Of a stretch of DNA of 64,000 nucleotides, positions 58,940-64,000 are shown in pieces. A program made the position numbers and the translations under genes. Positions within the stretch are counted from its first letter, which is position 1. The number at the start of each line of letters is the position of its first letter. The stretch spans positions 11,006-75,005 of the forward strand of contig MFUG01000013.1 in assembly GCA_001785615.1 (NCBI GenBank). The letters are read 5' to 3'. The notes under the pieces are model-generated. The model was given only the letters and a program-made list of their open reading frames with translations. It searched no databases and was not told the origin of the DNA. The stretch comes from Candidatus Nomurabacteria bacterium RIFCSPHIGHO2_02_FULL_42_19. GTDB lineage: Bacteria > Patescibacteriota > Minisyncoccia > Phycocordibacterales > UBA9973.

Positions 58940-60554
58940 AATTTTAAACATTATAAATACTTGTTTTTTAACGACTAGCGCGTCAAGGCCAATAGCTTTT
59001 TACTCCCACTTAATTCCGGTAGTTTTATCAACTTTATTGGCTTTTTTAGTATTTATTAAATCTAAACGCACTCTTTTTTCTACTATTTTTTTGACTTTTA
59101 TTTTTGTCTTTTCTCTTTGGCTCATTGGCGATCTTGTAATATGGACATCGGATAATTATTATCTAATTTATGCCTTTTGGGCTCCTCTCGATTATATAGA
59201 AATAGTATTTTACGTCCTTGGTCTATATTTCGCTATAGTTTTCGTCAAAAAGTCCGACATATCAACATGGTGGAAAATTGTACTTTTTGCTTTAACCCTA
59301 CCAGCATTTTGGCTCACAATCAGTAGACAGTCAGTAATTGGTTTCAATCAGCCAGTCTGCGAAGCATTTAACAATGATTTTCTGGGTCAATATAAACTTG
59401 CCCTAGAGGGCATAATTTTAATATTTATCCTCATTTATGCAATTACTCCATTTTTCAAAAAGCTTCCCTGGAAGAAAAAGTGGCCGGACTTAGTGGTGCT
59501 TGGTTCTATGTTTTTATTCCTATCATCCTTCGGCATTACCGAATATCTGGCTTCCATCACTGGATATTATGAAATGAACTTATACAGCTTATTTCTCTTG
59601 CCGATATTCCTGGTAGCTATTATCTACTCCGTATTTGAACTTGATATTTTTAACGTTCACATTTTGGGCACGCATTACTTGGTCGTCGGGCTTATGGTTC
59701 TAATGGGCGGACAACTCTTCTTTATCACTGACACAACTAACCGATTTCTAACCATTTTAACAATCATCTTGATTACCATATTGAGCGTTATCCTTTTTAG
59801 GAACCTGAAACGCGAGTCCGACCAGAGAGTACAAATCGCGAAACTTAATATTGACCTCCAGAACCTTATCAAGCAGAGGGAGTCCCTCGTGCACCTCGTT
59901 ACCCATAAAGTGAAGGGTTCATTTACCCGTTCTAAATATATTTTTGCCGGGATGTTGGACGGAACTTTTGGCGAAGTGTCCCCAGCCCTTAAAAAAATAG
60001 CCAAACAGGGGCTGGAGTCCGACAATGCGGGCATCCAAACGGTTGATTTGGTCTTGAACGTTTCCAATATGCAGACCGGGACGGTTAAATACGAAATGAA
60101 ATCAATTGACTTAAAAGAACTAGCGCTAAAGGTAATCGCCGACAAGAAAGTCCACGCAGAGGAAAAAAATCTTAAAATAGAAAAAGATGTTAAAGACGAT
60201 AATTACTCCATCGCCGGGGACGTCTTCTGGCTTAAAGAAGTAATGAGCAATTTGATTGACAACTCTATCAAATACACCAAGGAAGGAAAAATAACGGTAG
60301 GTCTGGAAAAGAAGCCCGGCAAGATAATATTCTCGGTCAAAGACACCGGCCTAGGCATAACCGACGAAGATAAAAAGAATCTCTTTACCGAAGGCGGGCG
60401 AGGCAAGGACTCGGTTAAAATAAACGTGGACAGCACGGGCTACGGGCTCTTCTCGGTAAAACTAATCGTGGATGCTCACAAAGGCCGGGTCTGGGGAGAG
60501 TCCGAAGGACCCGGCAAGGGCTCGCAGTTCTTCGTGGAATTGCCGGCAGTATAA
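58929..60554 (+). CDS. Sensor histidine kinase with multi-TM input domain
   Basis: H-box VTHKVK, N-box NLIDNSIKYT, G1 DTGLGI, G2 GYGLF. Confidence 0.92.
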   Translation: MIDEILNIINTCFLTTSASRPIAFYSHLIPVVLSTLLAFLVFIKSKRTLFSTIFLTFIFVFSLWLIGDLVIWTSDNYYLIYAFWAPLDYIEIVFYVLGLYFAIVFVKKSDISTWWKIVLFALTLPAFWLTISRQSVIGFNQPVCEAFNNDFLGQYKLALEGIILIFILIYAITPFFKKLPWKKKWPDLVVLGSMFLFLSSFGITEYLASITGYYEMNLYSLFLLPIFLVAIIYSVFELDIFNVHILGTHYLVVGLMVLMGGQLFFITDTTNRFLTILTIILITILSVILFRNLKRESDQRVQIAKLNIDLQNLIKQRESLVHLVTHKVKGSFTRSKYIFAGMLDGTFGEVSPALKKIAKQGLESDNAGIQTVDLVLNVSNMQTGTVKYEMKSIDLKELALKVIADKKVHAEEKNLKIEKDVKDDNYSIAGDVFWLKEVMSNLIDNSIKYTKEGKITVGLEKKPGKIIFSVKDTGLGITDEDKKNLFTEGGRGKDSVKINVDSTGYGLFSVKLIVDAHKGRVWGESEGPGKGSQFFVELPAV

Positions 60555-60590
60555 TTTAGCATTAGTGCGCGACCGCTTACTAATGCTAAA
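60555..60590. repeat. Solo copy of the cassette-3-type palindrome
   Basis: TTTAGCATTAGTGCGCGA|CCGCTTACTAATGCTAAA; 28/36 to 18353-18388; begins right after the kinase stop codon. Confidence 0.8.
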
Positions 60591-60660
60591 AAGACGCGTT
60601 TGACGTCTAAATATCTGATTACTTCTCAACCTGACCCGCTTATTTTCGTTTATTTTAATT

Positions 60661-61605
60661 TTAAACCACCTTAAAAACCAAGAAATATGAGGGGAGACGA
60701 GAAAATCCGAAGTGACTATAAACATATCGGCTCCCGACCACTAATCGTTCCAATTTGGCAGTACGAGAAACCTTGTGGGCAAGATTATCAAATGCTTGAG
60801 AGATTAAACGTGCATCTTCGAAAGCAAATCTTCCACGAGTGACCGTATTGCTCGCCTGCTGATCTGATTGTCCCACCAAAAATCGGGCTGGTAATCTTCC
60901 TTCCAGGATAATTTTTGCTCCCCTATTCGCGTGCTCTATCGCCGAAGCGAAGGTTGCCAACTGATTATTGTCATAATCAATAAAATAACTTAGGAAAATA
61001 ATATCGAACCTTAGAGTGGCGGGCAGGATACCGATAGTTCCCTCATAAACATTGATTCCTAGTCGCTTCTGGCGCTCAATACTTGCTCGAGATACATCAA
61101 CGCTGTGCAAATGCGTTCCTGTGACGCCTAAAGATAAAAGATGTTCTTCCAGTTCACCGCTTCCGCTACCTACATCGCATATTTCTTTTTTTTTCAATTC
61201 ATTGCGGGTATAACCACTGATGAGTGTTAAGCCATTCCATACAAGAAGCGCATTGAGAAAGCCGTAGTGGCATTTCCCTTTAAATTTTGAAAATTCCGAT
61301 AATATTCCGCCACCTCTTTGTTCATTTATAAGTTGCCCCAGATCAAGAATATCGACATATTCAATATCATACACCCGCGCAATATATTCATTGCCCTGCA
61401 AGTTTTGTTTTGCCAGATTGCGGATGTATTTATTTATGAGTTGCCGAAGTGGGTATTTTGCGTGGCAAGATTTCTTAAATTCATCTAAGGCGAAGCGCAT
61501 CGCACTTGAAAAATCAAGGTCTTGTTTTAGCAAGATATACTCCGCACCAAGCTTCCTGGCCAATTTCTTCATTGGCCAGAGGAAGAGATCGGATATGTTA
61601 ATCAT
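60661..61605 (-). CDS. Class I SAM-dependent methyltransferase
   Basis: ICDVGSGSG, VDVS, FDIIFLS. Confidence 0.8.
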   Translation of the reverse strand: MINISDLFLWPMKKLARKLGAEYILLKQDLDFSSAMRFALDEFKKSCHAKYPLRQLINKYIRNLAKQNLQGNEYIARVYDIEYVDILDLGQLINEQRGGGILSEFSKFKGKCHYGFLNALLVWNGLTLISGYTRNELKKKEICDVGSGSGELEEHLLSLGVTGTHLHSVDVSRASIERQKRLGINVYEGTIGILPATLRFDIIFLSYFIDYDNNQLATFASAIEHANRGAKIILEGRLPARFLVGQSDQQASNTVTRGRFAFEDARLISQAFDNLAHKVSRTAKLERLVVGSRYVYSHFGFSRLPSYFLVFKVV

Positions 61606-61737
61606 ATATCTGAATTATAATCTAAAAAATAAAGAGAGGGAGGGGGATGGATATCCTTCTTTATAGAACTGCCGGCGGTCTAGGAACAATCTAAAAAATA
61701 ACTTGAAATAACTCTTACGAGATGCTATATTAAAAGG

Positions 61738-61968
61738 GTGAATATCGTAACTTTGCCTAAAAATCAATACATGCGGATTCTAAACACCCAAGAAAAACTT
61801 CGAGACGATTTAGCTCGTCTGCAAAAAATAGTTTCTTATATTGCCCAAGACGAAGTAAGTCCTAAGTACATGAAAAAGCTGTCTAAAATAGAAAGGGGGC
61901 TTTCCTTGGGTAGAGGTATTAAATTCAAAACCAAAAGTGAAATTAGAAAACTCTTCCGTTCGCTTTAG
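61738..61968 (+). CDS. Putative antitoxin-like small protein
   Basis: 76 aa ending GRGIKFKTKSEIRKLFRSL, a tail typical of RelB-like antitoxins; has its own promoter. Confidence 0.45.
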   Translation: MNIVTLPKNQYMRILNTQEKLRDDLARLQKIVSYIAQDEVSPKYMKKLSKIERGLSLGRGIKFKTKSEIRKLFRSL

Positions 61969-62011
61969 TCATGGAAAATAAAAAGAAGATGACTTTTTAG
62001 AAAGGCAATTT

Positions 62012-62896
62012 TTATTGCTTGATTCTGCTCCCGGCTAGACGAACTGTTATTTCGTGGACAGCGATAAGGTCGTTCGCTATTATTAAGTGCGAATCATCTA
62101 CAAAAACATACATTAGAATTATCTCGCCACTCACTCCATACAGAATTCGCGCGTTTTTATTTTCTACTACGCCGTCCTCAAAACTTTTAGTTAGAAGGTA
62201 ATTGGTATCTGCATTTATATCCAGACCGAAGAGCCCATGCAAATCGTAGAACATTTTGTCTTCCCAGGCCCGCATACTTGGAAAGATATCAGGCAGGGTG
62301 CGTATCTCAATTAAAACAAATGGGCTCTTGGCCTCCCAGACATACACGCCCAGTAGAAAATTATCGTCTACCAACTCCGGACTGTCTAAGACAAGGGTGC
62401 TTTTCAAAAGGGTAATAAACTCGCGCAAGCCGATAATTCTTTTATTGGCATTTAAGTAAATCCCCTCTATGCCCTCATACTTTACATCACTATTGCTGGC
62501 TTCGTCCCAAATCATTTTAGCTATTTGGTCTTTGGTTAGATTGGCTACTTCAATAAAACTTGTCTTGTCATTAAAAATTATTGAGGTTGACTCACTTTGT
62601 ACAGAAAATTCATTTGTCTCCTCCCGGTCGGGAAAGAAAAAAAATATAAGCAGATAGGAAGAAATTAAGAGCAAAAACCCAGCAAGCATGAAGAACTTAT
62701 TCCTCCTTGACTCCGGAAATAGATTTCTCTTCTCGGCTTCACGCGCCTCCTCATCATGAATTATTTTTTTTAACGCTTCCCCTTGGCTACCGCCAATGGC
62801 CTTTGCCACATCCTCCGCATAGGTTTCTGTGATTTTGTCCGGCACTTTGCCGGGAGTCGGGGCGGGTATTTTATTTTGCTCCTGTTCCTCGTCCAT
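62012..62896 (-). CDS. Single-TM hypothetical protein
   Basis: Start MDEEQ overlapping the pnp end; TM plus extracytoplasmic domain. Confidence 0.65.
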   Translation of the reverse strand: MDEEQEQNKIPAPTPGKVPDKITETYAEDVAKAIGGSQGEALKKIIHDEEAREAEKRNLFPESRRNKFFMLAGFLLLISSYLLIFFFFPDREETNEFSVQSESTSIIFNDKTSFIEVANLTKDQIAKMIWDEASNSDVKYEGIEGIYLNANKRIIGLREFITLLKSTLVLDSPELVDDNFLLGVYVWEAKSPFVLIEIRTLPDIFPSMRAWEDKMFYDLHGLFGLDINADTNYLLTKSFEDGVVENKNARILYGVSGEIILMYVFVDDSHLIIANDLIAVHEITVRLAGSRIKQ

Positions 62897-64000
62897 GATT
62901 ATTTGTGAAAAAATCCTTGTTCGCTTCCCGGATAGATAAGCTAATCTTGCCCCTCTCTTTATCAATTTTGATAACCTTCACCGGGACCTCCATGCCTTCT
63001 TTTATTATATCGCTAACTCGCTCTACACGGAATGGCGCGAGCTCCGAGATATGCACCATGCCGTCAACGAAAGGATTGAGTTGGACAAAGGCCCCAAAAT
63101 CGGCAACTTTCACCACTTTGCCGTTGAGTGTTTCGCCCATGGTAAATTCGTGCGTCATTTCTTCCACTAATGCTTTGGCGACCTCCACGGTTCCACTTTT
63201 CCCTGTTAAATACACCGTGCCGTCGTCCTCAATGGTAATCTCCGCACCGGATTTTTCTTTGATTTCTTTGATGGTCTTGCCCCCACTCCCGATAACCATC
63301 CCGATTTGATCCGGATTGATTTTAATCATGATTATTTTCGGCGCGTTGGGAGAAATTTCCTTGCGCGGGGCCGAAATTTCTTTTTCAATTTTATCGATGA
63401 TGCCAGTGCGAGCCCCTTTGGCTTGGCGCATCGCTTCGCCCAGTATTTTTATCGGTACGCCTGCTACCTTTACATCAAGCTGGATAGCGGTGATGCCTTC
63501 CCTGGTCCCGGCCACCTTGAAATCCATGTCCCCGTAATGGTCTTCGGGGCCCTGAATGTCGGTCAGGATTTTGTATTGTGGTTCTTTTTTAATTTGTAAT
63601 TTTTTATTCGTAATTTGTTCTATCATCAGCCCTATGGCAATCCCCGCCACCGGCGCTTTGATCGGCACTCCACCGTCCATCAAGGCGAGAGTGGCAGCGC
63701 AGATGGAGGCCTGGGAAGTGGAGCCGTTCGAAGCCATTGATTCAGAAACTACGCGTATGGTGTAAGGAAATTCTAGGGCAGGCGGCAAGACCATGGCAAG
63801 CGCTTTCTCGGCGAGCGCGCCGTGGCCGACTTCGCGGCTGTTGGTGAAACCGGCCCGACCCGTCTCCCCTGAAGAGTATGGGGGAAAGTTGTAATGATGC
63901 ATAAATCTTTTTTCACTTTTTGTCTGCATGCCATCAATCATGTGTCTGTCTTCGGGCCCGCCTAAGGTAAGCACGGAGAGCACATGGGTTCCTCCACGAT
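62871..64000 (-). CDS. pnp: Polyribonucleotide nucleotidyltransferase (3' part; start lies outside the window)
   Basis: HHYNFPPYS, REVGHGALAE, SNGSTS, GDMDFKVAGT, KH and S1 domains. Confidence 0.96.
   Translation of the reverse strand, partial: RGGTHVLSVLTLGGPEDRHMIDGMQTKSEKRFMHHYNFPPYSSGETGRAGFTNSREVGHGALAEKALAMVLPPALEFPYTIRVVSESMASNGSTSQASICAATLALMDGGVPIKAPVAGIAIGLMIEQITNKKLQIKKEPQYKILTDIQGPEDHYGDMDFKVAGTREGITAIQLDVKVAGVPIKILGEAMRQAKGARTGIIDKIEKEISAPRKEISPNAPKIIMIKINPDQIGMVIGSGGKTIKEIKEKSGAEITIEDDGTVYLTGKSGTVEVAKALVEEMTHEFTMGETLNGKVVKVADFGAFVQLNPFVDGMVHISELAPFRVERVSDIIKEGMEVPVKVIKIDKERGKISLSIREANKDFFTNNHGRGTGAK

Noticed and set aside
61619-61701. 14-bp direct repeat AATCTAAAAAATAA around 55 bp
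   Set aside because: Low-complexity A-rich sequence with no cargo or dyad; chance cannot be excluded.
1-64000. tRNA/rRNA genes, prophage, alternative genetic code
   Set aside because: No cloverleaf/T-loop or rRNA signatures seen in intergenic gaps; no phage structural genes; TGA acts as stop in intact genes such as pgk and the HIT gene.

Overview
Gene-dense, AT-rich 64-kb chromosomal segment, most likely from a Patescibacteria (CPR, Parcubacteria-like) bacterium. The evidence is genetic code 11, apparently leaderless genes (extended -10 box TGnTAnnnT 6-7 nt before ATG), IleRS with an inserted histidine-phosphatase domain, alpha2-type GlyRS, split ComEC, and type IV pilus genes. Most of it is housekeeping (metG, glyQS, ileS, argS, dut, tmk, glyA, rnhA, recJ, pgk, tpiA, nusA, hppA, tig, clpP, rny, hup, lexA, comM, pnp). 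No rRNA, tRNA or CRISPR array was seen. The main unexplained structure is four dispersed genes for wHTH + Cas2/PaaX-like proteins (4.4, 9.2, 17.8, 27.1 kb). Each is bracketed by two direct copies of its own 34-44 bp palindrome: one over the promoter, one at or just after the stop codon. A ninth, solo copy lies at 60.56 kb. This repeat-gene-repeat layout suggests an undescribed cassette, recombination or DNA-looping system. Also noted: a RAYT-type HUH transposase with stuttered terminal REP arrays and a 15-bp flanking direct repeat; REP-like hairpins inserted in-frame in housekeeping genes; two near-identical 14-bp bidirectional promoters; attenuator-like leaders before argH and nusA; a LexA box; and an ALHH-type IleRS. 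All assignments come from reading motifs by eye; no database searches were run, and identity counts are manual.
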